DNA of 64,000 nt from Chthoniobacteraceae bacterium (GTDB lineage: Bacteria > Verrucomicrobiota > Verrucomicrobiia > Chthoniobacterales > Chthoniobacteraceae): NCBI GenBank assembly GCA_037190965.1, contig JBBCKI010000001.1:1-64000 (forward strand). The letters run 5' to 3'. Positions within the stretch are counted from its first letter, which is position 1, and each line of letters begins with the position of its first letter. The notes beneath the pieces are model-generated. The model ran no database searches. It had not been told where the DNA came from and saw only the letters and a program-made list of their open reading frames with translations. The translations under genes were made by a program, and so were the position numbers. Below are positions 36,612-46,802 of the stretch, one piece after another.

Positions 36612-37810
36612 ACGTCAACTTCCACCAAGGCATTGTTCTCCGGCCCGAGAAGTTCATTGCCGCTTTCGGTGATCCGGCATCCGTTCTCCCAGCGCAGCCC
36701 GAACGGGGCCCCGTTTTCCTTCGCAAAGGCGCTTCCCTCCGGCGTGTAGAAGTAGGTGTCGAGCTGGAAGGTCATCCCCGGTTCCAGCGCGTATTGGCTG
36801 GTCGTCTCGATCCAGGGACGCTCCACCTCGATCATCCCCAGGCCGTGGCATGGGCCGTAAAGCTGATACTCGGCGAACCCCTCGTTTTTGACGAACTCGT
36901 CATAACGGATCGCCACTTCTCTTGCCGGGGTGCCGGGGCACATCAGAGTACGGGTAAAGGCGTGAGCCTTGAGACCGAACTCCAACAGCCTGCGCTGGGC
37001 GTCCGACGGTTTGCCGAGGCTCACCGGAACGCCGATGCTGGCTGAGTAGCCGTGGACACGGGCGCTCAGATTCAGTTGCACGATGTCCCCCTTCTGCACC
37101 TGCCGGTAACCCGCGCGGCCAATGGCGTGGCTGCTCGCCGGACCGGAAAGCACATACTGCGGCAGGCCTTCGTACTCCGCGCCTTCGGCATAAATCACAC
37201 TTTGGGAAATGCCCGCGATTTCGAGTTCCGTCATGCCCGGCTTGATCCGGCGAAGCACTTCGTCGGTCGCCGCGCGGGTAATGCGGAAAGCCTCTTTAAG
37301 ACAAGCGATTTCGGCGGGCGACTTGATCGCGCGCTGCTGGAAGAGAATCTGGTCAGCCTTCACCACTTCGGCGTTCGGGAATGCCTCGCGAAGCCCTTTG
37401 TAAACCGGGAGAGGGAAAATGGCCCACCCTGCCAGGCCGATCCGCTTCGGCTCGTGGCCGATGGTTTCCAGGATCAGGCTGCGGAAGTCGTCCACTTTGA
37501 TGGAGGGGTAATCCGGCTCGGCCGGTTCGCGGTATTCCACCAGCTTGCGGACATCGGTGATCTTCGTCCGGCTCCGGGAGAAAGTCTCGCTCTCCGGCCC
37601 GATGAGGAGCTTCACCTTTCCATTGGGAGCCACGAGCACCCCGGCCGACTCGAACAGCGGCCAGTAGTCGGAGAGATAGCGGACGTTCGCGAAGTCAGCC
37701 TCGTTGGAATGGACGATGAGAACATCGAGTCCGGCTTCGGCGGTCAGTTTGGAGGTGAGTTCAAGCCGCGCCTGAAACTCTTGATCGGGGATACGGATTG
37801 CCTGGGTCAT
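36608..37810 (-). CDS. M24 (Xaa-Pro peptidase / creatinase) fold protein with non-canonical metal site
   Basis: Creatinase-type N-domain (NVRYLS); R.IKS.AEI, PGMTE, CHGLG, L.PGM.F, G.R.EN...IT..G.E.L. Confidence 0.85.
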   Translation of the reverse strand: MTQAIRIPDQEFQARLELTSKLTAEAGLDVLIVHSNEADFANVRYLSDYWPLFESAGVLVAPNGKVKLLIGPESETFSRSRTKITDVRKLVEYREPAEPDYPSIKVDDFRSLILETIGHEPKRIGLAGWAIFPLPVYKGLREAFPNAEVVKADQILFQQRAIKSPAEIACLKEAFRITRAATDEVLRRIKPGMTELEIAGISQSVIYAEGAEYEGLPQYVLSGPASSHAIGRAGYRQVQKGDIVQLNLSARVHGYSASIGVPVSLGKPSDAQRRLLEFGLKAHAFTRTLMCPGTPAREVAIRYDEFVKNEGFAEYQLYGPCHGLGMIEVERPWIETTSQYALEPGMTFQLDTYFYTPEGSAFAKENGAPFGLRWENGCRITESGNELLGPENNALVEVDV

Positions 37811-37824
37811 ATAAACGTTTATAT
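37809..37824. promoter_or_regulatory. LacI-family operator candidate
   Basis: Perfect 16 bp palindrome ATATAAACGTTTATAT with AAACGTTT core, between the divergent M24 and LacI genes. Confidence 0.7.
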
Positions 37825-37857
37825 TTTGCAACTTATTCGCTTTTGACAAGACTTTTC

Positions 37858-38871
37858 ATGATGCGCCGAAATCGAGTCACCTTAGCCGATCTTGCCCGGT
37901 CGCTGGACCTATCCACCTGCACGGTCTCGAAGATCCTCAACCGTTCATTCGACGGCTTCACTTACTCCAAGGAAACGATCCGCCGCGTGGAAGAATGCGC
38001 CGAAGAGATGGGCTACACCGCGAATGCGCAAGCGCGTAGCCTCCGGACGCGCAAGACCATGCTCATCGGGTTTCTGCTCCCTTCCGCGCAGATTTCCGTT
38101 TTCGGCGCGCTTACCGATCAACTGGAGTACGAATTGCGAAACCGGGGCTACCAGGTCTTGATCGTTCACAGCCGCAACGATGCCACCGCCGAACCGGCGC
38201 TCATCGCCTCCCTGCTTGCAAGAGGGATCGACGGGCTTGTCTGGATCCCAGCCGCAGAAAAGCTCGACCCCGCCGCCGCCGGTTTGAAGCCGGAGTTCCC
38301 CGCGGTGATTCTCGACCGGCCTCACTGCACCAGCGCTTTCCCGTTTGTCGCCACCGAGAACCGGGCCGCCGCGCGGAACCTTGCCCAACAAGCCTATGAA
38401 CTGGGACATCGTAACATCGGCATCCTCAACGCTCCCGCCGGAGACCGAAGCCTGAGAGAACGCTTCGACGGGTTCCGCGATGTGTTCGGCCGCAACATCC
38501 GGCTGCTCGAAATTCCCAACGACACCGCCGCCGCGAAAGTCGCCGTGATGGAGTTGCTCCGCAAAAAGACGCGTCCCAGCCTGATCGCCGCGCTCTCCGA
38601 ACCACTGGCCATCGGGGCCATCGCGGGCGTGCGCGATCTCGACCTGAATTTTTCCAAAACCCTCTCCTTCGTCGCCTTCGACGACTTCCCTCTCTCGGGC
38701 CATTGGTCACCGCGCATTACCGTCATCCGGCAGGATGTCGCCCGTCTTGCCCAGGAGACCACGAGGCTGCTTCTGGACAGGATCGAAAGTCCCCAGGCGC
38801 AGTTCGAGAACGTCCGCGTGGATGCGACGCTGGAATGGAGGGAATCAGTCGCCTCGCTAGTGAAAGACTAG
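37858..38871 (+). CDS. LacI family transcription regulator
   Basis: VTLADLAR.L.LS..TVS.ILN, GY..N..ARSLR, AFDD, ITVIRQ. Confidence 0.92.
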   Translation: MMRRNRVTLADLARSLDLSTCTVSKILNRSFDGFTYSKETIRRVEECAEEMGYTANAQARSLRTRKTMLIGFLLPSAQISVFGALTDQLEYELRNRGYQVLIVHSRNDATAEPALIASLLARGIDGLVWIPAAEKLDPAAAGLKPEFPAVILDRPHCTSAFPFVATENRAAARNLAQQAYELGHRNIGILNAPAGDRSLRERFDGFRDVFGRNIRLLEIPNDTAAAKVAVMELLRKKTRPSLIAALSEPLAIGAIAGVRDLDLNFSKTLSFVAFDDFPLSGHWSPRITVIRQDVARLAQETTRLLLDRIESPQAQFENVRVDATLEWRESVASLVKD

Positions 38872-38887
38872 CGAATGCGCTACGCCA

Positions 38888-38967
38888 CGGCGTCGCAGAG
38901 CTCCGCCCTCCGGGAAAAGCGCTGCCACGCCATTGCTTCTAACGGAGGGCGGAGCTCCACGACGCCG
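38888..38967. repeat. REP doublet family 3 (GGAG-type), copy 2
   Basis: cggcgtcgcagagctccgccctccg ... cggagggcggagctccacgacgccg. Confidence 0.8.
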
Positions 38968-38993
38968 CCCCCCGGCCGAAGGCCCACTCTCCC

Positions 38994-39785
38994 CTACTTG
39001 GCCGTAAACCCGCCATCCACCGGGAGATTGACTCCGGTAATATAACGCGCCGCTTCGCTTAGCAGAAAGATCACCGCCCCGCCGAGATCGCTTTCGTCGC
39101 CCATGCGATTAAGATAAGTCTGCTCATTGTAACGGGTCACGAACGGCTCAGGCTGACCCGTGAAAAAACCACCCGGAGAGAGGCAATTCACCCGCACCCC
39201 CTTCGAGCCGAAGATCCCGGCATAATAGCGGCTGAGATTGATCATCCCGCTTTTGTGGAAATAGTAATCCGGACGCGGCGTCGGCATCGACGTCCCCTCG
39301 TAGAATTCAAGATGCGGGCCGACCATTCCATAGATGGAGCCGACGTTGACGATACTTCCTGAACCTTGCTTAGCCATGGCTTCGCCGAAATGCTGGTGCA
39401 TCAGCACAACGCCGGTGGCGTTGATCCGCATCGACGCTTCCCAGCTTTCCAGAAACGGCACATCGCCGCCCATCGGCCGGGCGACGGCGTTGTTCACCAA
39501 CCCGTCAATCCGCCCGAAGCGATCCGTGATCCGCCCCAGCAGATCGATAATCGACGTTTCCGACCCTTGGTCAAACCCCTCCGCAACGACGCACCCGCCC
39601 TTGGCATTCTCCTCGCTTGCGACGACCTCCAGTTTGTTGACATCGCGCGAAGCGATAATGAGCGTGGCCCCGGCCGCCGCGAGGTCGGCAGCCAACCCTC
39701 GGCCATAGATGCCGGCGCCTCCGGTCAGGAGGACGACTTTTCCGGCGAGATTGAAACGATCGAGAACGTTGTTGTTGGGATTCAT
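38994..39785 (-). CDS. SDR family oxidoreductase
   Basis: TGGAGIYG, LVNNA, GSIYG, YYFHK (YxxxK), VNCLSPGG, ITG.NL.VDGG. Confidence 0.92.
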   Translation of the reverse strand: MNPNNNVLDRFNLAGKVVLLTGGAGIYGRGLAADLAAAGATLIIASRDVNKLEVVASEENAKGGCVVAEGFDQGSETSIIDLLGRITDRFGRIDGLVNNAVARPMGGDVPFLESWEASMRINATGVVLMHQHFGEAMAKQGSGSIVNVGSIYGMVGPHLEFYEGTSMPTPRPDYYFHKSGMINLSRYYAGIFGSKGVRVNCLSPGGFFTGQPEPFVTRYNEQTYLNRMGDESDLGGAVIFLLSEAARYITGVNLPVDGGFTAK

Positions 39786-39809
39786 AGGAAAGAAGCGATT
39801 GAAAAATTT

Positions 39810-40595
39810 TCACCAAGCGGTCCAGCCGCCATCGACCACGAGGTTCTGCCCGGTGATGAAAGTGGACGCATCGGAAACCAGAAAGGCGACCGCCCCCGCG
39901 ATTTCGTGCGCCTCGCCGACGCGCCCCATCGGCACCATGCCGGAGAGCCGCTCGATAAACCGGCTTTGGTCGTCGCGGTAATTTGCGGCGTTGGGAAATG
40001 GCCCTGGGACGACGGCGTTGCACCGGACATTCCTTGGCCCCCACGCCACCGCCAGGTAACGGGCCATCTGGCTGATCGCCGCCTTGTGCATCCCGTACTG
40101 CAATGGGTTCGGGGGCATCGGCGGCTGATAGATGGAAAGATGCGGAGCCACCAACCCGTACATGCTTGAAAACAGAACAAGGCTGCCGCTACCGCGCTCC
40201 GCCATGGCCTGCCCGATCTGGCGCACGGCGAAAAAGGGAGCCGTCAACCCATCCTGATGATACTTTGCAAACTCCTCGGCGGATAGCTGTTCCCATGGAG
40301 TGGCGCTACCGGGCATCGCCAAAAGAACCACGCCATCGGGAACGCTTTCCTTGCAGGCTTCCGTAATCCAGCACTGCGTCTCCTCCATCTGCGTCAGGTC
40401 GAGAGAGACGGCACTCACCCTCTCCGAGAGATTGCTCTCAGCAAGAAAGGCTTCCGCGCGCCCGGGAAGATCGAGACAAGTCACACTAGCGTTCTGTTGG
40501 TCCAAAACCCGCGTAACTTCCCGCCCAAGATAACCCGCACCCCCGAAGAGCCAGATCTTGCGACCGGCCAGGTCAAAGAGGGAGTTTGTGTTCAT
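39810..40595 (-). CDS. SDR family oxidoreductase
   Basis: GGAGYLG, SSMYG, YGMHK, CNAVVPGPF, ITGQNLVVDGG. Confidence 0.92.
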   Translation of the reverse strand: MNTNSLFDLAGRKIWLFGGAGYLGREVTRVLDQQNASVTCLDLPGRAEAFLAESNLSERVSAVSLDLTQMEETQCWITEACKESVPDGVVLLAMPGSATPWEQLSAEEFAKYHQDGLTAPFFAVRQIGQAMAERGSGSLVLFSSMYGLVAPHLSIYQPPMPPNPLQYGMHKAAISQMARYLAVAWGPRNVRCNAVVPGPFPNAANYRDDQSRFIERLSGMVPMGRVGEAHEIAGAVAFLVSDASTFITGQNLVVDGGWTAW

Positions 40596-40602
40596 CGATT
40601 TC

Positions 40603-41556
40603 TTAGAGATGACTAGCCAAAGCGAGAACCTCCTCGCGCACGGCGTCAACCGAAACGAGCGTCCCACTCTCCCGGCTTTCGATTCCCGCAATCAGCGCGG
40701 CCATTAGCTCGACCGTCTCGTCAAATGGGTAGGGATCTTCGCCGCTACGCAGCCAGTCTACCACGGAGACCAACTGCCCTCGAAAGGCGGCATAGGTATC
40801 GGCAAACTGCACAACTGGACTTCCTTCATTTCCGTAAGCATGGACGCGGCCATAGCTGCCCGCGGAGTCCGGAATAATGGCGACCGTCACCACCGTGCCG
40901 CAGCGATGAGTCAAGGTGGCAATCACATTCCCCCCGGCCGCATCGCACCGGACCTGTTCAAGCCCGGGGCCAAGAAGCGTGAAAACCGGCTCGAGCGCGT
41001 GAATTCCATACCGTTCCCAACTCTTTGCCGTGGTGCTTGTGATCCAGCGCCATGGCTTGCCTCGCAAGACCTGGATCTCCGGCGCATAACGCAGACCGCT
41101 GGAGGAAAGGATCCTCGCTCCGGCCTGCTTCCAGGCGATGAACTGCGCCAGCTCTTCCCGGGTCGTCGCCAGCGGCTTGTCGACAAACACCGGCAACCCC
41201 GCCTCGATGAACGGACGGGCGCGACGCACGTGGTCCGTCCCGTCATCGGTGGCGATGATGACGGCATCGACTTCGCCAATCACCTCTTCCATCTTCCCTA
41301 CCACATTCGGGATAAGAGCGGCCTTCGCCACGTCCGCCGCTTCCGCCGGGTCATCGGTCCAAAGATGCGTCACCTTGGCTCCGGGGATGCCCATCGATTC
41401 CAAAGGCTGTTTGCCCAGATAAACCGGGATGACGGGATAAGGGCATCGGGCCATTGCCACGGGGTCATACCCGTTGACAATGGCGGACCAGGAATACGGG
41501 TGCCCATTGCCGGGAATCATCCCCAGCATGGCAAGGCGGAGCGGGGCGGAACTCAT
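40603..41556 (-). CDS. Gfo/Idh/MocA family oxidoreductase
   Basis: VDAVIIATDDG..H, PVFVDKPLA, SSGLRY, YGIHALE. Confidence 0.85.
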   Translation of the reverse strand: MSSAPLRLAMLGMIPGNGHPYSWSAIVNGYDPVAMARCPYPVIPVYLGKQPLESMGIPGAKVTHLWTDDPAEAADVAKAALIPNVVGKMEEVIGEVDAVIIATDDGTDHVRRARPFIEAGLPVFVDKPLATTREELAQFIAWKQAGARILSSSGLRYAPEIQVLRGKPWRWITSTTAKSWERYGIHALEPVFTLLGPGLEQVRCDAAGGNVIATLTHRCGTVVTVAIIPDSAGSYGRVHAYGNEGSPVVQFADTYAAFRGQLVSVVDWLRSGEDPYPFDETVELMAALIAGIESRESGTLVSVDAVREEVLALASHL

Positions 41557-42548
41557 AGAGTGATTTCGCTGCGGGTTTGGTTTGATTTCAAAGCCGCCAG
41601 GTTAACGCGTAGCGTCTGGAGCCCTTCGGCAAGCGTGGAAAGGTTGTCACCGGTGCCCTCCATTGCGGAGAGGAACGATTGCGCCTGACGGATAAAGGCT
41701 CCATCGCGCTCCTCCTTCGGAACCTCGAACCACTGCCAGTCGCTTTCCCCGTTGAGAAAAAGCCCGACACGCTGCCGATGACTCTCCAAACGGAGGCTGC
41801 CGCGCGTTCCGCTGATGGTAAGGTGCGCCTCATTGGGAGCCTGGAACTGATTGAGGGAAAAACTCCCCAGCACCCCTGAGCCGGACCCCAGGCGGGCGAT
41901 CAGATTCACGGTGTCTTCCACTTCCACCCCGTCCAAAACCTGGTGAGCCGCATCCGCAAAGACGGTCCGGATGGGGCCAAGCAACCACTCGGCGGAGTGC
42001 AGCCCATGAGTGAGCGCGTCCTGGATCGCCCCGCCTCCGGAGGCGTGCTTGGCATAATAGATGGAGCGATAGGCCGGGCGGAAGGAGGGAAAATGCTGGC
42101 CGGAGACCGACGCCAGCAGCTTGGGCTCGCCGATCACTCCGCTTTCCAGCAACTCCTTCATTTTCAGGTAAACCGGGATGGAACGATGGACATAGGCGAT
42201 CCTCACGATCGCCCCCCGTTCATTCACCAGGCATTGCAACGCCTCCACCCCCTCGACCGAAACCGCCAGCGGCTTCTCGATCAATAGATGCAACCCACGT
42301 TCGACACATTGCGCGGCAATCGGGATATGGGTATGAGCGGGAGTACAGATCACCGCCGCGTCGAAAGACTGCCCCTCGAGTGCTTCATCCAACGAACGAA
42401 ACCAACGGCAGCCGTAGCGCTCCGCCACCGTTTTGCCCAACTCTGCGTTCGGCTCGCACGCGGCGACCTCGGTTCCCGGGATGGATTGAAAGCAACGGAG
42501 ATGCCGCTCGCCGATGCTTCCCGTGCCGACAATAAGAATACGTTTCAT
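41553..42548 (-). CDS. Gfo/Idh/MocA family oxidoreductase
   Basis: IVGTGSIGERH, ICTP.H.H, LIEKPL, GGGAI.D.LTH. Confidence 0.9.
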   Translation of the reverse strand: MKRILIVGTGSIGERHLRCFQSIPGTEVAACEPNAELGKTVAERYGCRWFRSLDEALEGQSFDAAVICTPAHTHIPIAAQCVERGLHLLIEKPLAVSVEGVEALQCLVNERGAIVRIAYVHRSIPVYLKMKELLESGVIGEPKLLASVSGQHFPSFRPAYRSIYYAKHASGGGAIQDALTHGLHSAEWLLGPIRTVFADAAHQVLDGVEVEDTVNLIARLGSGSGVLGSFSLNQFQAPNEAHLTISGTRGSLRLESHRQRVGLFLNGESDWQWFEVPKEERDGAFIRQAQSFLSAMEGTGDNLSTLAEGLQTLRVNLAALKSNQTRSEITL

Positions 42549-42644
42549 GAGAAATTTGCAGCATCGCCACCATCTCATGCCTTGCCCTATAAGCTAAAGG
42601 AGTTACTACTATCCAAATCGCCGATTTATTTAACAAGATCGCCT

Positions 42645-43424
42645 ATGGAAGCGCTTTTTCACGGAACCGGCTTTTACACGCAGGACCGAGCCGTCGGGCC
42701 CGCCGTCTGGCCGCACCACGATGTCATTATTCTCCTCGAAGGGCGACTGCGGCTCCGCATCAAGGGTAAGGAGTATCTTTTCAAAGAGGGCGACGCGATC
42801 GTGATCCCTCCGCACAACCTCTTCGAAGGAGAACCGTTGACGCCGGTCATGACCATGTGGGTTCTCCATTTCAAGAAATACGCCGCCGCCAGCGATCAAT
42901 CGCCATTCCGGCAGTCAACCACTCCCTTCCTTGTCCCCGGCGCGTTGGCGAACCATCGGGATCGGGGCCTGCTGCAGGAGTTTTCGCAGCGGTGGGAAGA
43001 GCGTCTCGCCGCCCCCTCCTGCAAACGGTCTTTGAAGCTGCTCGCGGAGCTCATTGTCACCCGGGTCGAAGAAGCGCTGATCTCTCCCCGAAAAGCGGAA
43101 TCGCCCCGGCTTCGCGCCGCGATTGAAGCGGCAGTGCCGGGGACCGCGGGCGATCCCGTCGCGCAAATGGCGCATACCGCCGGTCTCGGTCCCAGCCGTT
43201 TTCGACAGGCCTTCAAGGAACACTACGGCATCAGCCCTTCGCGTTATCTCCAGCGCACCCGGATGGAAGAGGCCCGGCGTCTGCTCAGCAGCACCTTGCA
43301 GCCGATCAAGGAGATCGGGCAAAGCGTCGGCTACGCGGAGCCCGCGGCATTCCACCGCGCCTTCAAAAAGGAAACAGACACAACCCCCGCCGCCTACCGG
43401 AAGCGATTTGGCGGAGTCGTGTAG
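42645..43424 (+). CDS. AraC family transcription regulator
   Basis: N-terminal cupin; C-terminal F...FK...G.SP..Y....RM..A..LL, I...VGY.....F.R.FK. Confidence 0.92.
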   Translation: MEALFHGTGFYTQDRAVGPAVWPHHDVIILLEGRLRLRIKGKEYLFKEGDAIVIPPHNLFEGEPLTPVMTMWVLHFKKYAAASDQSPFRQSTTPFLVPGALANHRDRGLLQEFSQRWEERLAAPSCKRSLKLLAELIVTRVEEALISPRKAESPRLRAAIEAAVPGTAGDPVAQMAHTAGLGPSRFRQAFKEHYGISPSRYLQRTRMEEARRLLSSTLQPIKEIGQSVGYAEPAAFHRAFKKETDTTPAAYRKRFGGVV

Positions 43425-43455
43425 GTTGAACCTGAATTCCGATTTTGGAGCAGTC

Positions 43456-43615
43456 GGTGCGGCAGCATCGGTAGCCCGCTCGCGCCGTCGAGCGCGGATA
43501 TCGGCTCCTGCGGTTTCATGAGGGCCTCATCCCTAAACAAACAGCCCGTCGTACGGGGATGGGCGTCAAACGCGACTCTTCACCGATCCCGCGCTCTCGG
43601 CGAGAGCGGGCTACC
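43456..43615 (+). repeat. REPIN family 1, copy 4
   Basis: ggtgcggcagcatc-GGTAGCCCGCTCGCGCCG ... CTCTCGGCGAGAGCGGGCTACC. Confidence 0.9.
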
Positions 43616-43750
43616 TCCAGATTGATTATTTTTCCGCCACGCACCTGATCACACGCGAGCAACTTCGATTTTACTATAGCCAATCTTTTCATGAGATCGG
43701 CGTTGTTTTCCCTCGGGCTCTCGAATAGAAGCAAAAACCCAACTTCCTTC

Positions 43751-44542
43751 ATGAGCCTCAAAGTTCTCATCATCGGTGCAGCCGGAAACATCGGCAGCAA
43801 AATTTCCCTCCTTTTCCCCGAGTCTTTCGAACTGCATCTCGCAGACCGCCATGCCGGAGAGATTGAGGGACGGCCCGTCAAGGCTCTCGATATCACCGAT
43901 TACGATGCCGTGCTTGCTGCCATGCAGGGGATGGACGCCGTGGTGAACCTCGCCATCGCCTCCAGCCGAGAAATCGTGACCGATATCCCCCTCTTCGATT
44001 CCGATCAGGGCGAGGAGTACCTGCGTTTCAACCAGGTGACCATCGACGTCAACGTGCGAGGCGCTTACAATATCTTCGAGGCAGCCCGTGCCGCCGGGGT
44101 GAAGCGGGTGGTTTACGCCAGCAGCCTCACGGTCTATCTGGGCCAGCCCGCTTATCCCGAGTTCAATGATGATCTTCCGCCCCGCCCTGCGAATTTCTAC
44201 GCGGTGACCAAGCTGTTCGGCGAACAACTCGGCGAATTTTTCTCCCGCCGCCACGGCCTGCAAACCATCTGTCTCCGCTTCGGAACGCCGCATCCGCAGC
44301 CCGAAGTGGATAAATATGAACAATGGCTGAAAGCCCCCGTCGGACGGCGCACGTTCGTGACCTATGCGGACCTCGCCCGGGCCGTGCAGTGCGCCCTGAC
44401 CACCAACGGCCCCAGCTTCGGAGCCTACACCATCGTTTCCGCCACGGATAACAACGCCTTCGACCTCTCCAAAGGGGTGGAAATCGGCTGGCAACCGGGC
44501 GACTACTGCCATGCCGATGGCAGCGTAACCCCGGTTGCCTGA
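43751..44542 (+). CDS. NAD-dependent epimerase/dehydratase (uronate-dehydrogenase-like)
   Basis: IIGAAGNIG, VVNLA, YNIFEAAR..GV.RVVYASS, YAVTK. Confidence 0.85.
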   Translation: MSLKVLIIGAAGNIGSKISLLFPESFELHLADRHAGEIEGRPVKALDITDYDAVLAAMQGMDAVVNLAIASSREIVTDIPLFDSDQGEEYLRFNQVTIDVNVRGAYNIFEAARAAGVKRVVYASSLTVYLGQPAYPEFNDDLPPRPANFYAVTKLFGEQLGEFFSRRHGLQTICLRFGTPHPQPEVDKYEQWLKAPVGRRTFVTYADLARAVQCALTTNGPSFGAYTIVSATDNNAFDLSKGVEIGWQPGDYCHADGSVTPVA

Positions 44543-44562
44543 AACAGTCCCATCTCTGACGC

Positions 44563-45681
44563 ATGAAACTCGCCGTCATCTCCACCGTCTGGTTTCCGCT
44601 TTCGCATACCGACGTCATCGTCACCCGGTGGCTTGATCCCTACCCCGGCGATGAGATGCACGGCTGGCGGAAGCCCTCATCGAGCATCGCCTCCATCCAC
44701 ATCGAGCAATTTCCCGGTCACGACATCGGCAAAAAAATCTGCGAGACCGCCGGGATTCCAATGTTCGACTCAATTCGCGGCGCCCTGACCCTCGGAGGCG
44801 ATCAACTCGCCGTCGATGGCGTGTTGCTGATCGGCGAGCATGGGGACTACCCCACCAACGGGTACAAACAGAAACTCTATCCCCGGAAGCGGCTCTTCGA
44901 CGCCATTGCGGCGGTCTTCCGCGAAACCGGGCGAGCCGTTCCCGTCTTCAATGACAAGCATCTAAGCTGGAGCTTCGACGAATCCCGCGAAATGGTGGAG
45001 ACCGCGTGCGAACTAGGCTTCCCGCTTTATGCAGGCTCCAACATTCCCCACTGCAAACTGGAGCCAGCCGCGCCGCTTCGCGAAGGCGAAGGGGTCACCG
45101 AAGCATTGACGCTCTACTCCGGTGACGCGGAGCACTATGGATTCCACATCATCGAGTTCGCGCTCTCGCTCCTTGAGAAGCGACCGGGAGGCGAAACCGG
45201 TGTCCGCTCAGTCCGCTCGCTTGATGACCAGGGGGTTCGTGATGCCATCGCCTCGGGCGAAATTCCCCACGACTTGCTTCTCAACGCTCTTGAGCGGCAT
45301 GGCTACCCGGTAAAAAGCGAGATCATTCCATTCATCCTCGACCGCACCGAAGGCTTGATCGCTTATCTTTTCGAACACCACGACGGCCTGCGCGTCACGC
45401 ATCTGCTGATCCCGAAGTTCGTCACCGAATGGATCGTCACGGTGCGGACCTCCGACGGCGAGCTTCGCTCCTGCCGCTCGGTGGCAGGTAGTTATGCCGA
45501 TTTTTTCAGCAACTTCGCCCACCTCAATGTCAAGCTGGAGGAGTTTTTCACCACCGCCAAAGCTCCCACGCCGATCCTCAGAACACATCTGGCGGCGGGG
45601 GCGCTGGAAGCCGCGCTGCATGCGCTTGTCGATCACGAGGGTGAGCGGGTGGAGACCCCGCAACTGAAGCTGAATTATTAG
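44563..45681 (+). CDS. Uncharacterised oxidoreductase-like protein (divergent Gfo/Idh/MocA-like)
   Basis: SH.DVI, ALTLGG..LAVDGVLLIGEHGDYP, PVFNDKHL, YG.H..E. Confidence 0.65.
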   Translation: MKLAVISTVWFPLSHTDVIVTRWLDPYPGDEMHGWRKPSSSIASIHIEQFPGHDIGKKICETAGIPMFDSIRGALTLGGDQLAVDGVLLIGEHGDYPTNGYKQKLYPRKRLFDAIAAVFRETGRAVPVFNDKHLSWSFDESREMVETACELGFPLYAGSNIPHCKLEPAAPLREGEGVTEALTLYSGDAEHYGFHIIEFALSLLEKRPGGETGVRSVRSLDDQGVRDAIASGEIPHDLLLNALERHGYPVKSEIIPFILDRTEGLIAYLFEHHDGLRVTHLLIPKFVTEWIVTVRTSDGELRSCRSVAGSYADFFSNFAHLNVKLEEFFTTAKAPTPILRTHLAAGALEAALHALVDHEGERVETPQLKLNY

Positions 45682-45690
45682 TGATACCAG

Positions 45691-46677
45691 CTACTCCCTG
45701 AGCCACCGCGCCACATCGCGCGCGGCGTAGGTGATAATTAGATCCGCCCCGGCGCGTTTGAACGCCGTCATTACCTCCAGGGTGACGGCGCGCTCGTCAA
45801 TCCAGCCGTTCGCGGCGGCAGCCTTGACCATCGCGTACTCGCCGCTCACGTGGTAAACGACCGTCGGCATTTCGAAACGCTCTTTGACCCGCCAAAGAAT
45901 ATCGAGATAAGCCAGCCCCGGCTTGACCATCACCATGTCGGCGGATTCCGCAATATCGAGTTCCACCTCGCGCAACGCTTCACGGCCGTTCCCGGGGTCC
46001 ATCTGGTAACTCTTCCGGTCGCCCGCCTGCGGGGCGCTCTCCGCCGCGTCGCGAAACGGTCCATAGAAAGCGGAGGCAAATTTCGCCGCGTAGCTGCAAA
46101 TCGGCGTGTTCTGGAATCCCGCCTTATCAAGCGCCTGCCGAATCGCCCGGACACGGCCGTCCATCATGTCGCTCGGCGCGACAACATCCGCCCCCGCCAC
46201 CGCGTGGGAAACGGCGGTACGCGCCAGTAATTCCAGCGATTCGTCATTGAGCACGGTCACATGCTCCCCCTCGATGTGCGCGATCCCGCAATGCCCGTGG
46301 CTCATAAACTCGCAAAGACAGACATCGGTGATGACCACCATCCCCGGCACCGCCTTTTTGATGGCCCTCACCGCCCGCTGCACGATCCCCTGCTCCGCAT
46401 AGGCCTGCTGCGCCAACGCATCTTTTTCGGCAGGAATCCCGAAAAGCAACACCGCCTGCACCCCCTCGCTCCACGCCGCCGCCGCTTCCGCCACCGCTTC
46501 CGCGACCGTCCATTGAAAGACTCCGGGCATCGACGCGACCGGGGAGCGTTCCACCACCCGTTCGCTGACGAAGAGCGGGAGAATCAAATCCGAAGCAGCC
46601 ACCCGCGTTTCGCGCACGAGATCGCGCAACGCAGCGGTGGCTCTCAAACGGCGGGGCCGACGCAAAAGCGAGTCCAT
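45691..46677 (-). CDS. hemB: Porphobilinogen synthase
   Basis: [52 protein letters not shown]. Confidence 0.97.
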   Translation of the reverse strand: MDSLLRRPRRLRATAALRDLVRETRVAASDLILPLFVSERVVERSPVASMPGVFQWTVAEAVAEAAAAWSEGVQAVLLFGIPAEKDALAQQAYAEQGIVQRAVRAIKKAVPGMVVITDVCLCEFMSHGHCGIAHIEGEHVTVLNDESLELLARTAVSHAVAGADVVAPSDMMDGRVRAIRQALDKAGFQNTPICSYAAKFASAFYGPFRDAAESAPQAGDRKSYQMDPGNGREALREVELDIAESADMVMVKPGLAYLDILWRVKERFEMPTVVYHVSGEYAMVKAAAANGWIDERAVTLEVMTAFKRAGADLIITYAARDVARWLRE

Positions 46678-46802
46678 CCCTTGATTTAACCCTCCATGCG
46701 GCCAGGAATCAACCGGCATCCGCCTGCCCCGACCGGCACCCGCACGGGATTCTGCTTTGATCTCATGCGCCGGTTTGCTTATCTGCGACCAGATACGCCC
46801 TC

